From positions 1,080,001 to 1,112,000 of the forward strand of contig NZ_CP047931.1 of assembly GCF_014280175.1 (NCBI RefSeq): a stretch of DNA of 32,000 bases, written 5' to 3'. The DNA comes from Synechococcus sp. A15-28 (GTDB lineage: Bacteria; Cyanobacteriota; Cyanobacteriia; PCC-6307; Cyanobiaceae). Positions 1 to 9,079 of the stretch are shown one piece after another. The stretch's first letter is position 1, and every line of letters begins with the position of its first letter. The translations under genes and the position numbers were made by a program. The notes beneath the pieces are model-generated. The model saw nothing but the letters and a program-made list of their open reading frames with translations, was not told where the DNA came from and ran no database searches.

Positions 1-177
1 CTCTTGACTCCTTCCCCCTGGGACGTTCGCCTGAAGGAGCGTTTCAGCGAGGCCATCGCCGTGTTTGATCACCTCGGCGACGTGTCAGCACCTGCAACTC
101 AGGTCAATGGCCCCCCTTGCCGCGAAGGGATGGTGACGCTGGAGTATCTGCAGACGTTCGGCTCTAACGCAGGATGA
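1..177 (+). CDS. 3' end of an unidentified CDS entering from the left edge (last 58 codons)
   Basis: Frame 1 is open from base 1 to TGA 175-177 (..PWDVRLKERFSEAIAVFDHLGDVSAPATQVNGPPCREGMVTLEYLQTFGSNAG*). Its stop overlaps the next ATG (ATGA at 174-177), a typical coupled junction. The product cannot be recognised from 58 residues. Confidence 0.45.
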   Translation, partial: LLTPSPWDVRLKERFSEAIAVFDHLGDVSAPATQVNGPPCREGMVTLEYLQTFGSNAG

Positions 178-512
178 GCTCCCTGCAGCACACACGGCTC
201 TCCCGCTTGCAGCACCGCATCGGAGTTGTCCTGGCGGACACTCTCTCTGGTCCGTGGTGGCGCCGAAGTCTGTTGATCATCGGCGTGTTGGTCGGCTTTC
301 TGCTCGGTAGCAGCCTGACGGATCTTCTTTCGGATGCTGTTGATGGGCGAACGTTCCACGCCTTAACGACGCTGATCGGCTGTGAACTGCTGGTGGCCCT
401 GCGTCGACGGTTTCTGACGACTCCCGTGGCGTTGCACTGGCGTCTGCTGGACAACCTTCGGTTCGGTTTTGTCTACGCGGTTGTTCTGGAGGCGTTCAAA
501 GTTGGATCCTGA
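174..512 (+). CDS. Ycf20-like small membrane protein (DUF565)
   Basis: 112-aa ORF with hydrophobic helices (LLIIGVLVGFLLGSSL; LTTLIGCELLVAL). Its C-terminus ..[19 protein letters not shown] matches my memory of the DUF565/Ycf20 C-terminus (..DAFKLGS). The ATG overlaps the upstream stop. Confidence 0.6.
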   Translation: MSSLQHTRLSRLQHRIGVVLADTLSGPWWRRSLLIIGVLVGFLLGSSLTDLLSDAVDGRTFHALTTLIGCELLVALRRRFLTTPVALHWRLLDNLRFGFVYAVVLEAFKVGS

Positions 513-1455
513 CGGCCAACGCGATCTTCCAGCGCTCGATCAGCAGCGTCTGCTGAGCTATCTCGACGTTTCTGATCCAGTGGCCTGGGAGCAGCGGTGG
601 CGCAGCAGCCAGCTACTTGAGGCCACGTTGAATCTCTGGCCCGCCAGTGCCTCTCCGGACTGGCTTTGGAGCCTCGGCCTGCCTTTGCTCACCGAGGCAG
701 CAACGGATCAAGGCCAACGTCGTCTGATCGGCTTGAGCGCTTTGCCTGGGTGCGGCAAAACAACGCTTGGACATTGGCTCGAACGGGCAGCACGGCAGCT
801 TGACCTGTCGCTTCAGGTGGTCTCGATCGATGATTTCTACTTTGAAGCGGAGCGTCTGGACCAGGCGATGGGCGGTAACCCTTGGGGGGTGCCTCGTGCC
901 CTGCCGGGCAGTCACGACCTGCCGTTGTTGCTTCAGACCCTCAGCCGATGGAAAGACGGCGAACAGGTGGACCTGCCGCAGTTCGATAAATCCCTGCGTC
1001 AAGGCCGCGGGGACCGATGCGGCTGGCGCAGCTGTTCAGCGCAGATTCTCCTGCTGGAGGGCTGGTTCGTCGGTTGCCAGCCACTTGCTCAGAACACTTC
1101 AATCGAACTCGGTTGTGAGCATCTCTTTCCTTCCATTCGTTCAGAAGAACGCGATGCCCGGGCGGCCGTCCAGGTCGAACTGCGCCGATACGAACAAATC
1201 TGGTCTGAACTCGACAGCCTCTGGCAGATCGCAGCCCAGGACTTCCGATCACCACAGATCTGGAAGCGCCAGCAGGAGCAGCAGATGCTTCAAAACACAG
1301 GTGTTGCCCTGGACAGCGACAGCCTGAAGGGGTTCATCCGCATGATTCTCACGGCAATTCCCCCCCAGAGTTTCGATCGGATTCAGGCCGATGTCCGCGT
1401 GGAGGTTGATCCGGACCGACGGCTGCGCCAGCTCCGCATCAGGCAGAAGGCTTAG
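469..1455 (+). CDS. D-glycerate 3-kinase-like P-loop kinase (plant/cyanobacterial GLYK type)
   Basis: P-loop [17 protein letters not shown] is followed by [17 protein letters not shown] and [10 protein letters not shown], the motif series I associate with plant/cyanobacterial glycerate 3-kinases. The start is uncertain: the longest ORF begins at TTG 469 and overlaps the ycf20-like gene by 44 nt, and in-frame TTG 502 is an alternative. Stop is TAG 1453-1455. Confidence 0.7.
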   Translation: MSTRLFWRRSKLDPDGQRDLPALDQQRLLSYLDVSDPVAWEQRWRSSQLLEATLNLWPASASPDWLWSLGLPLLTEAATDQGQRRLIGLSALPGCGKTTLGHWLERAARQLDLSLQVVSIDDFYFEAERLDQAMGGNPWGVPRALPGSHDLPLLLQTLSRWKDGEQVDLPQFDKSLRQGRGDRCGWRSCSAQILLLEGWFVGCQPLAQNTSIELGCEHLFPSIRSEERDARAAVQVELRRYEQIWSELDSLWQIAAQDFRSPQIWKRQQEQQMLQNTGVALDSDSLKGFIRMILTAIPPQSFDRIQADVRVEVDPDRRLRQLRIRQKA

Positions 1456-1628
1456 GACTCTTCGCCCTCTGCTTCACTCACGGGATAAACAAATCCCTGG
1501 GCTCGCCCGCTGAGCACAGATTTACCGATGGACATGGCTCGCTTCGCCGCCACGGCAGCCTTTCCTTTCCAAGTGGCACTGCGCTGATTGCGCTTGGCCT
1601 TCGAGGTTTTCTTCTTCGGGACGGCCAT
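1452..1628 (-). CDS. rpmF: 50S ribosomal protein L32
   Basis: Hand translation of the minus strand gives a 58-aa protein from ATG (1628-1626) to TAA (1454-1452): [58 protein letters not shown]. The [12 protein letters not shown] opening is the L32 signature. It is absent from the ORF track because it is under 60 aa. Confidence 0.9.
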   Translation of the reverse strand: MAVPKKKTSKAKRNQRSATWKGKAAVAAKRAMSIGKSVLSGRAQGFVYPVSEAEGEES

Positions 1629-1714
1629 TGCGCCTGGTCAATTCCAAACGGCAATTGTCTGTTGTCGGGACGCCTTGCGTCAAATCGCTAAGGTCAAGAC
1701 AATTCAATGTTGTC

Positions 1715-3502
1715 GTGACTTCAGGATCGGAAGGGTCGAAGGAATCGTCGTCTCCTCAATCTTTACCGAGCTTGTTCGGAGACAAATCCAACTCTGTCAG
1801 TTACTCGAGCTTGCTGGATAAGATCCGCAGCGGCGAGGTCAGCAGCCTGGAACTTGTCCCGGCCCGCCGAGAGGTGCGGGTCACCTATCCCGATGGCAGC
1901 CAATCAACCGTCAGCATTTTCGCTAACGATCAGCAGATCCTGAGGGCTGCCGAAGCATCCGCCACGCCGCTGACGGTGCGGGACATTCGCAGCGAGCAGG
2001 CCATGGCTGGCCTGCTGGGCAATCTCGGACTGGTGCTGCTGTTGGTGGTGGGCCTCTCCTTCCTGTTGCGACGATCCGCCCAGATGGCCAACCGTGCCCT
2101 TGGGTTCGGTCGCAGTCAGCCACGGCTGAAGCCCCAGGAGGACCTTCAGGTTCGCTTCGAGGACGTCGCCGGCATCAACGACGCCAAGGAGGAGCTTGAG
2201 GAGGTGGTCACCTTTCTCAAGCAGCCTGAAACATTCACCGGACTTGGCGCCAAGATTCCCCGTGGCGTGCTGCTGGTGGGCCCCCCAGGCACGGGAAAAA
2301 CGTTGTTGGCCCGTGCCATTGCCGGCGAAGCGGGGGTGCCATTTTTCTCGATGGCGGCCTCCGAATTCGTCGAGCTGTTCGTCGGTGTTGGTGCCAGCCG
2401 GGTCCGTGATCTGTTTCGACAGGCCAAGGAGAAGGCCCCCTGCATCGTCTTCATCGACGAGATCGACGCCGTCGGCCGTCAGCGGGGAGCCGGCATTGGT
2501 GGTGGCAACGACGAGCGGGAGCAAACGCTCAATCAGTTGCTCACCGAAATGGATGGTTTCGCCGACAACTCAGGCGTGATTCTTCTGGCGGCCACCAACC
2601 GAGCTGACGTGTTGGATGCGGCCCTCACCCGTCCAGGACGGTTTGATCGGCGCATCGATGTTTCTCTGCCGGATCGCCGTGGTCGCGAAGCGATCCTGGC
2701 TGTCCATGCACGCACACGCCCCCTGGATCCAGAAATCGATCTGGCGGCCTGGGCCCGCCGGACTCCTGGTTTCTCCGGTGCTGAGCTGGCCAATCTGATC
2801 AATGAAGCGGCCATCCTCACGGCGCGGGAGCAGCAGCCCTTCATCAGCGTCCGCCAATTGGAAGGAGCCCTGGAACGGATCACCATGGGGCTCAGTGCCA
2901 AGCCGCTTCAGGACAGTGCCAAGAAGCGACTGATCGCTTATCACGAAGTCGGCCATGCCCTGGTGGCTGCCCTGTTGCCCGATGCCAACAAGCTCGACAA
3001 GGTCACGATCCTGCCCAGGGGAGCAGCAGGCGGGTACACCCGTTTCATGCCGGATGAGGAGAAGCTCGACTCCGGCCTGATTACCCGAGCCTCCTGCCTG
3101 GCGGATCTGGTTGTCTCCCTCGGCGGACGAGCCGCGGAGCTGGTGGTTTTCGGACCGCTGGAGATCACCCAGGGGGCGAGCGGTGATCTGCAGATGGTGG
3201 CTCAGCTGGCAAGGGAAATGGTTACTCGGTTCGGCTTCTCGTCACTTGGACCTGTGGCTCTTGAAGGTCCAGGCACTGAGGTGTTTCTGGGGCGCGATTG
3301 GTTCAGCCAGCGGCCCGGTTACGCCGAAAGCACCGGCCAGGCCATCGACACCCGCATTCGCGACCTCGCTAAGCAATCCCTGGCTCAGGCGGTGTCCTTG
3401 CTGGAATCGCGACGGGAGGTCATGGATCGACTTGTCGACGCCTTGATGGAGGAAGAGACGCTTCACCACGATCGCTTCATGGAACTGGCCGGACTGGGAT
3501 GA
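1715..3502 (+). CDS. ftsH: ATP-dependent zinc metalloprotease FtsH (paralog)
   Basis: Walker A GPPGTGKT, Walker [10 protein letters not shown], the AAA second region of homology and the zinc site HEVGHAL are all present. There is an FtsH extracytoplasmic-like segment ([20 protein letters not shown]..) and one TM helix ([23 protein letters not shown], about 2000-2068). The maximal ORF starts at TTG 1628, exactly on top of the divergent rpmF ATG, so I placed the start at the next in-frame start codon, GTG 1715. TTG 1772 is also possible, and no in-frame ATG precedes the TM. Stop is TGA 3500-3502. Confidence 0.9.
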   Translation: MTSGSEGSKESSSPQSLPSLFGDKSNSVSYSSLLDKIRSGEVSSLELVPARREVRVTYPDGSQSTVSIFANDQQILRAAEASATPLTVRDIRSEQAMAGLLGNLGLVLLLVVGLSFLLRRSAQMANRALGFGRSQPRLKPQEDLQVRFEDVAGINDAKEELEEVVTFLKQPETFTGLGAKIPRGVLLVGPPGTGKTLLARAIAGEAGVPFFSMAASEFVELFVGVGASRVRDLFRQAKEKAPCIVFIDEIDAVGRQRGAGIGGGNDEREQTLNQLLTEMDGFADNSGVILLAATNRADVLDAALTRPGRFDRRIDVSLPDRRGREAILAVHARTRPLDPEIDLAAWARRTPGFSGAELANLINEAAILTAREQQPFISVRQLEGALERITMGLSAKPLQDSAKKRLIAYHEVGHALVAALLPDANKLDKVTILPRGAAGGYTRFMPDEEKLDSGLITRASCLADLVVSLGGRAAELVVFGPLEITQGASGDLQMVAQLAREMVTRFGFSSLGPVALEGPGTEVFLGRDWFSQRPGYAESTGQAIDTRIRDLAKQSLAQAVSLLESRREVMDRLVDALMEEETLHHDRFMELAGLG

Positions 3503-6219
3503 GAGTCCTCCTGCTGCTGCTTCCGCTGGTGCTGCTGGCGGCCCGCATGCAGGTCGAATGGTCCTGGTTTCAACAATTTCAGCTGGAGGAGGTGTTGTTG
3601 CACCGCTGGTTGCTTCAGCTGGCCGGTGGGTTAGCGGCGTTGCTCCCCATCGGACTCGCGATTCGTTGGAGTCGTTCCTTCGATTCAACGTCCCAGCCCG
3701 GCTCAACGGTGCGTCTGAAGGGCTGGCGCTATTCCGTGATGTTGCTGCTGGCGGTCGCTCTGCAGTTGGTGGGTCTGGCGGTGATCAACGTTCTGCTTCT
3801 GCAGGCCTTTGATGATTCGATGACCCTCGCCAGTGGCTGGCAGCTGTCCATGCATCAGCCGCAGCTGCCGCCCCTGCTGTTCATCAGTTTGGTGGCGGTG
3901 CTGCACCCGCGTCTCAGGCGTTGGCTTCCCTGGTTTGTCTCAACGGCAGTGGTGCTGATTGCGGCCAGAGCCTGGGGTGTTTGGGCCCTCGCCTGGGGTA
4001 TTCCGCCATCAGGGCTGCAGGAACCATTCCTTCACACCGATGTCAGCTTCGCGCTGGGTCGCTTCGCAGCGCTGCAGCTGTTGATCGCCCTGCTCAGCTC
4101 CGGCGCATTGTTCTGCCTGGGCTTCGACTCGCAGACCCTGTTGACCCGTCCCCCGGCGCTGAGCGACTGGGGCTGCGCTCTGCCAAACCCACAAAACCGC
4201 CGGTTGCTGTTGTTCATGGCGGCCATGGTGCTTTTGCTTCTGGCTGGCCAGTGCTGGTTGTCCAGGCATGCTCTGCTGTGGCATCAGCACGGCATCGTCG
4301 CCGGGGCCGGCTGGCTTCAACGGGCGGTGACACAACCATTCCGGCTGCTGCTCACGCTTGAACTTCTGCTGTTGGCGTTGGCCCTGCTGCTGCCCGCATC
4401 GAATGGTCTTCGTCGAGGGTTGCTGCTGGCCCTCGCCGTGACCCTGGCCCTGGAATTCACCCTCACCCCTTTCAGTCGCTGGCTGATTCTTCGCCCGCAG
4501 GAAATATCACTTCAGACGCCTTACCTCGAGGAGGCGATTCGATCCACACGGCATGCCTTTCAACTCGATGGGATCAACCGGGTCTCCTACAAGCCTGAAC
4601 TCTCGCTGACGCGGGCGGACCTTGAGCAAGGGGCCAGCACTCTGAGCAATCTCAGGCTCTGGGACAGCGCTCCGCTCCTGGAAACCAACCGTCAGCTGCA
4701 GCAGCTGCGGGTGTACTACCGCTTTCCCCAGGCTTCCGTTGATCGTTATCCGCTCTTACGTCGTGGGGATACACCCCAGCAGGTGATTCTCTCGGCGAGG
4801 GAGCTGGATCAATCGGCTCTTCCCCGACGTTCCCAGACCTGGTTGAACCAGCATTTCGTGTTCACCCATGGCTACGGCTTCACGGTGAGCCCGGTGAACA
4901 CCCACGGAGACGATGGATTGCCGGAGTACTTCATCAGAGACCTGGGCTCGGACACCAGGATCCAGGGCAATCTCGAGCTTGGAATCGAGCGGGAGGACGT
5001 GGAACGGGCCATTCCAGTGGAGGACGCGGCTCTTTACTTCGGCATGCTCAGGTCCCCTTATGCAGTGGCTCCCACCCGGGTTGATGAATTCGACTACCCG
5101 GAAGGTGATCTGAACGTCTACACCCATTACCGCGGCAGCGCTGGAGTTCCTATCGGCCACTGGCTTCAGCGGGCTGCAGCCGCCACCTATCTGCTGGAAC
5201 CCCGGCTGCTGACTGCGGGGTCCATTGATCAGTCCTCCAAACTTCTGATCCGCCGTGAAGTTCGTGAGCGGGTCCATGCGATCGCTCCCTTTCTTGATCT
5301 CCGCGGCGATCCGTACCTGATTTCGATTCCTCAATCCGGCCAGTCAACGTCCGCATCCAGTCAGCATCAGTACTGGGTTGTGGAGGGGTTCACCCATTCG
5401 TCCACCTATCCCTACAGCGCGGCTGTCTCCAGCAGCGATTCCGATCGTTACCTCCGCAATTCAGTCAAGGCAGTGGTGGATGCCTACAACGGCAGCGTGC
5501 AGTTGTTCATCAGTGAGCCTGATGATCCGTTGATTCAAGGCTGGGCTCGGGTCTTTCCGGACCTGTTTCAACCGCTTTCTTCCCTGCCGTCATCGGTTCG
5601 CGATCACTTACGGGTTCCCGAGGAATTGTTTGATGTTCAGGTCAAACAACTCCAGCGATATCACGTTGAAGATCCTCGTGTTTTTTACAGCGGAGACGAC
5701 GTCTGGCAGGTGCCGCTGGAGGTGTACGACGGTGAGCAGATTTCAGTGCGTCCTTATCACATCACAGCCCAGGTGCAGGACCGCAGCAGCTCCGAGTTCC
5801 TGCTGCTTCAGCCCCTTACGCCCTTGGCTCGTCCCAATCTCACCGCCTGGTTGGCTGCACGCAACGACGGAGAGAATTACGGCAAGTTGGTTCAGATTGA
5901 TTTTCCCAAGGACACGCCGATTCTTGGCCCCGAACAGGTTCAGGCCTTGATCAATCAGGACCCGGAGATCAGTCAGCTGTTCGGCCTCTGGGATCGCGGC
6001 GGATCCCAGGTGGTGCAGGGGAACCTGCTGGTGGTTCCCGTCGGGAAATGCCTTCTCTATGTGGAACCCGTTTATCTGCGGGCCAGCAAAGGGGGGCTAC
6101 CGTCCTTGACGCGCATTGTGGTCAGCGATGGACAAACAATCGCCATGGCCGACACCCTGCCTGGTGCGATCGATCAACTCATGCAAAAAACCCTGCCGCC
6201 AGAGGCGACAGGGTCCTGA
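3499..6219 (+). CDS. UPF0182 family polytopic membrane protein (COG1615-like)
   Basis: 906-aa ORF. The first ~330 aa hold multiple hydrophobic segments, followed by a large soluble part containing HFVFTHGYGFTVSPVN and CLLYVEPVYLRA. I recognise those motifs as UPF0182-type (actinobacteria, cyanobacteria, some archaea). The ATG overlaps the ftsH stop (ATGA 3499-3502); ATG at codon 17 (3547) is an alternative start. Confidence 0.8.
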   Translation: MRVLLLLLPLVLLAARMQVEWSWFQQFQLEEVLLHRWLLQLAGGLAALLPIGLAIRWSRSFDSTSQPGSTVRLKGWRYSVMLLLAVALQLVGLAVINVLLLQAFDDSMTLASGWQLSMHQPQLPPLLFISLVAVLHPRLRRWLPWFVSTAVVLIAARAWGVWALAWGIPPSGLQEPFLHTDVSFALGRFAALQLLIALLSSGALFCLGFDSQTLLTRPPALSDWGCALPNPQNRRLLLFMAAMVLLLLAGQCWLSRHALLWHQHGIVAGAGWLQRAVTQPFRLLLTLELLLLALALLLPASNGLRRGLLLALAVTLALEFTLTPFSRWLILRPQEISLQTPYLEEAIRSTRHAFQLDGINRVSYKPELSLTRADLEQGASTLSNLRLWDSAPLLETNRQLQQLRVYYRFPQASVDRYPLLRRGDTPQQVILSARELDQSALPRRSQTWLNQHFVFTHGYGFTVSPVNTHGDDGLPEYFIRDLGSDTRIQGNLELGIEREDVERAIPVEDAALYFGMLRSPYAVAPTRVDEFDYPEGDLNVYTHYRGSAGVPIGHWLQRAAAATYLLEPRLLTAGSIDQSSKLLIRREVRERVHAIAPFLDLRGDPYLISIPQSGQSTSASSQHQYWVVEGFTHSSTYPYSAAVSSSDSDRYLRNSVKAVVDAYNGSVQLFISEPDDPLIQGWARVFPDLFQPLSSLPSSVRDHLRVPEELFDVQVKQLQRYHVEDPRVFYSGDDVWQVPLEVYDGEQISVRPYHITAQVQDRSSSEFLLLQPLTPLARPNLTAWLAARNDGENYGKLVQIDFPKDTPILGPEQVQALINQDPEISQLFGLWDRGGSQVVQGNLLVVPVGKCLLYVEPVYLRASKGGLPSLTRIVVSDGQTIAMADTLPGAIDQLMQKTLPPEATGS

Positions 6220-6242
6220 GTGATTCGTTCAGCGTTGACGAA

Positions 6243-6842
6243 TCAACCGATGGCGGAGAAATACTCCTTGGAACCCTGGGGATCTTCCAGCATCGTGGCA
6301 GCACCAGGTGTCCAGTTGGCGGGACAGACTTCGTCAGGGTTGGACTGAACGTACTGGAATGCCTGCAGAAGACGCAGGGTCTCGTCAACGTTCCGGCCCA
6401 CGGGCAGGTTGTTGATGGTGGCGTGAACAATCACCCCATCGGGGTCGATCAGATACAGGCCACGCAGTGCCTTGCCTTCCTCGTCAAGGATGTTGAAGGC
6501 GTTACCGATCTCCTTGTTCAGGTCGGCGACGAGGGGATAGTTGATATCACCGATACCACCCTGATTCCGAGGGGTCTGGATCCAGGCCAGGTGGCTGTAC
6601 TTGCTGTCGACGGAAACGCCGAGGATTTCACAGTTCTTGCTGGAGAAATCGGCGTAGCGGTCGCTGAAGGCCGTGATCTCAGTCGGGCAGACGAAGGTGA
6701 AATCCAGGGGATAGAAGAACAGCACCACGTACTTGCCGCGGTACTGGGACAGGGAGATCTCCTTGAATTCCTGATCCACCACAGCGGTGGCGGTGAAATC
6801 GGGGGCCTGATGGCCCACACGCAGACAACCGGTGTCGGTCAT
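6243..6842 (-). CDS. Typical 2-Cys peroxiredoxin (AhpC/TSA family)
   Basis: Peroxidatic Cys motif [15 protein letters not shown] and C-terminal resolving Cys (DEVCPANW), in a 199-aa protein with ATG start. Confidence 0.95.
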   Translation of the reverse strand: MTDTGCLRVGHQAPDFTATAVVDQEFKEISLSQYRGKYVVLFFYPLDFTFVCPTEITAFSDRYADFSSKNCEILGVSVDSKYSHLAWIQTPRNQGGIGDINYPLVADLNKEIGNAFNILDEEGKALRGLYLIDPDGVIVHATINNLPVGRNVDETLRLLQAFQYVQSNPDEVCPANWTPGAATMLEDPQGSKEYFSAIG

Positions 6843-6956
6843 GTTCGGGGTGCGGTGAGGTTGAACTCGATCGTCGAACTCCTTAAGCGAAGTCGATACG
6901 ACTACAAGTTTCGTATGTCAATTTATCACGACCGCCCCTCTGCGAAGCCATAGACT

Positions 6957-7253
6957 GTGTTTATGAATGATCGCTCGATGATCTGGGATCCATCCCTTCA
7001 GCGTAAATACAGTTCCACGGGGCATTTTCGTCTGCTGAATCAACTCAAAGGTGATCTCAGCAAGCGCCCCCTCGATCGGGACTCCTCCACAGGTGCACTG
7101 CGGATGCCAGGCTTTGGCTCCAGGTCCAGACGCTCTCAAGGTCAGATGACTCGTCGCTCCGCCCAACCCGCTCCGGTGTCTCTGGCTTCGCCAGACATCA
7201 GCTCTGATTCGAGCAGTTTCCGTGATCGTCTGAGTGCAATCGAGATGCGCTGA
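6957..7253 (+). CDS. Hypothetical protein with Ser/Arg-rich C-terminal half
   Basis: 98-codon ORF with GTG at 6957 and in-frame ATGs at 6963 and 6978. It is divergent from the peroxiredoxin gene. The N-terminal IWDPSLQRKYSSTGHFRLLNQLKGDL looks like a structured segment and the rest is low complexity. No family recognised. Confidence 0.4.
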   Translation: MFMNDRSMIWDPSLQRKYSSTGHFRLLNQLKGDLSKRPLDRDSSTGALRMPGFGSRSRRSQGQMTRRSAQPAPVSLASPDISSDSSSFRDRLSAIEMR

Positions 7254-7316
7254 GCCTCCATCCAGCCATTCAAGGAACGCTGAGATGTATGATGGAGACT
7301 GGCTTGAAGGCCATTC

Positions 7317-7390
7317 GTCAGAGTAGCTCAGCTGGTTAGAGCACAGGATTCATAACCCTGAGGTCGGGAGTTCAAGTCTCCCCTCTGACA
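7317..7390 (+). tRNA. tRNA with CAU anticodon (elongator Met or lysidine-type Ile2; not initiator)
   Basis: A 74-nt cloverleaf folded by hand: acceptor GTCAGAG/CTCTGAC, D-arm GCTC-AGCTGGTTA-GAGC, anticodon arm CAGGA-TTCATAA-CCCTG, variable AGGTC, T-arm GGGAG-TTCAAGT-CTCCC, discriminator A. No CCA is encoded. The G1-C72 pair and the lack of a GGG/CCC anticodon stem argue against initiator tRNA. Confidence 0.9.
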
Positions 7391-7464
7391 TTGAAATTCT
7401 CTCGTTCATTGTCATGGCGACAGCAGTCATATACAGAACGATTGTGCTGATGAAATCAGCTGGG

Positions 7465-8505
7465 TCAGGCTTGCCGTTGGGGCAACTTGCTAAGCGGATT
7501 CACGGCTGCACCGTTGGAACGCCGGATTTCGAAGTGCAGATGAGGGCCAGTGCTGCGGCCAGTGCTTCCCATCAGAGAGATGCGTGTTCCCTGGGGGACC
7601 ACCTGCCCCTTGGACACCATCAGACGACTGTTATGGGCATAGCGGGTGGAATCGCCATCTCCGTGATCGATCTCTACGAGATAGCCGTAAGCACCTCTCC
7701 ATCCTGCGAAAGTGACAATGCCATCACGGGCTGAATGGACGGAGGTGCCTGTGCTGTTGGCGATATCAATTCCCTTGTGCATTCGCCCCCAACGCCAGCC
7801 GTAGCCGGAGGTGAAGACCCCTTTTGTGGGCCAGGTGTAAGTCGTTGAAGGTGCCACCCGATGGGATTCACGTTGAGGCGCCTGTGGGTTGGAGAGGGCT
7901 GGACGATCAGGCCAGCTGGCACCTCTACTGATGCTGGGACGAATGGCCAGAAGCTGCTGGCCAGTTGCGGCTTTGGCAACCCTCACTTCGGTGCCGACGG
8001 AGAGTTCGGAGAGGGTGAGCCCTGGATTGAACTTCTTCAACTCCTCCTTGTTGATCCCGTGGCGCTTGAGAAAGCTGGAAAGGGAATCGCCCCGCTGAAT
8101 GGATGCGGTGGAACGAATTGGAGGAGGCGCTGTGATCGGTGGTTCCGTGCGGATTGATTCGTTCTCAACGCCGACCAACAACAAAGCGCGATCCTGGGCA
8201 ACAGCAGGAATCGCAAACCAGCTGCCGGAGGGAAACACGTGAGTTACCGGTTGATCATTGATCTCGGCAAAACGTGCCGAAGAGAGATCGAGGGAGGCCG
8301 CAAGGCGGGGAAGTGAGGTGCGTTGCCGAAGACGAAACCAGAAGGCCGGCTTATCTGAAGAGGCGACGATCGCATCGTCCTCCGGCAAAGGAGGCAGTTC
8401 AGCAAAGGTGAAGGACTTGCTGTCCGCCTGTCCTGGCAGCGCATGCCAACCAACCACACTCAACAGAGGGGTGATGGAAGCAGCCAACACCAGAACTGAG
8501 CGCAT
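7465..8505 (-). CDS. Secreted LysM-domain M23 family metallopeptidase
   Basis: Internal ATG at 8505 gives a signal-like N-terminus (MRSVLVLAASITPLLSVVGW). There are two LysM-like segments (..LDLSSARFAEINDQP..; IQRGDSLSSFLKRHGINKEELKKFNPGL). M23 motifs are HKGIDIAN and GSTGRSTGPHLHFEI. The longer ORF to 8625 would overlap trmL. Confidence 0.85.
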   Translation of the reverse strand: MRSVLVLAASITPLLSVVGWHALPGQADSKSFTFAELPPLPEDDAIVASSDKPAFWFRLRQRTSLPRLAASLDLSSARFAEINDQPVTHVFPSGSWFAIPAVAQDRALLLVGVENESIRTEPPITAPPPIRSTASIQRGDSLSSFLKRHGINKEELKKFNPGLTLSELSVGTEVRVAKAATGQQLLAIRPSISRGASWPDRPALSNPQAPQRESHRVAPSTTYTWPTKGVFTSGYGWRWGRMHKGIDIANSTGTSVHSARDGIVTFAGWRGAYGYLVEIDHGDGDSTRYAHNSRLMVSKGQVVPQGTRISLMGSTGRSTGPHLHFEIRRSNGAAVNPLSKLPQRQA

Positions 8506-8578
8506 CCCGAAGGTGTAGTCGGTCGAACAGTAACGAAGTGGCCATGGCCCTGCAATACCAACTGGTGCAGTCGCCTCA

Positions 8579-9079
8579 TCACCACAGCAGAAGCTGGTGG
8601 CCTGCTGTGTAAGCCACGAGCGCACAGGCCACGGATAGGTTCAGGCTTCGCACACCCCCTTGACCATCTGCGTCAACGCCACCGGGCATCGGAATGGTGA
8701 GGATGCGGTCGCACTGTTCTCTCACTCGATTGGGAAGCCCGTTGTCCTCGCGGCCGAACAGCAGCACATCACCACGTTGAAACTGAAAGTCGCCAAGGCT
8801 GTCACCCCCGTAACGGCTACAGCCGATCAAGCGATAGGGATGCGTCAGCTGAGCCAAAAGATGGTCCAAATCGCTGTGGGTTGAGAGCTGCACATGGGGC
8901 CAGTAATCAAGCCCGGCACGCCGCACCGACCGATCATCGATGCAGAACCCAAGCGGTTCAATCAACGCCAAGGGCAGCTGAAATGCAGCGCAAGTCCGAG
9001 CGATGTTGCCCGTGTTAGGGGGGATCTGGGGTTCGTAGAGCACAACCCGCAGGGGTGATGTCGGCTCAGGAAGGGTCAT
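8579..9079 (-). CDS. trmL: tRNA (cytidine/uridine-2'-O-)-methyltransferase TrmL (SpoU/TrmH family)
   Basis: 166 aa with motifs YEPQIPPNTGNIARTCAA, LLFGREDNGLP and NLSVACALVAY. The ATG overlaps the cobU stop (ATGA read on the minus strand at 9079-9076). Confidence 0.8.
   Translation of the reverse strand: MTLPEPTSPLRVVLYEPQIPPNTGNIARTCAAFQLPLALIEPLGFCIDDRSVRRAGLDYWPHVQLSTHSDLDHLLAQLTHPYRLIGCSRYGGDSLGDFQFQRGDVLLFGREDNGLPNRVREQCDRILTIPMPGGVDADGQGGVRSLNLSVACALVAYTAGHQLLLW

Noticed and set aside
6048-6953. 301-aa plus-strand ORF covering the whole peroxiredoxin locus
   Set aside because: It lies antisense to an unmistakable 2-Cys peroxiredoxin. The translation is low-complexity (G/V/D/L-rich) with no motifs, which is typical of shadow ORFs in GC-rich DNA.
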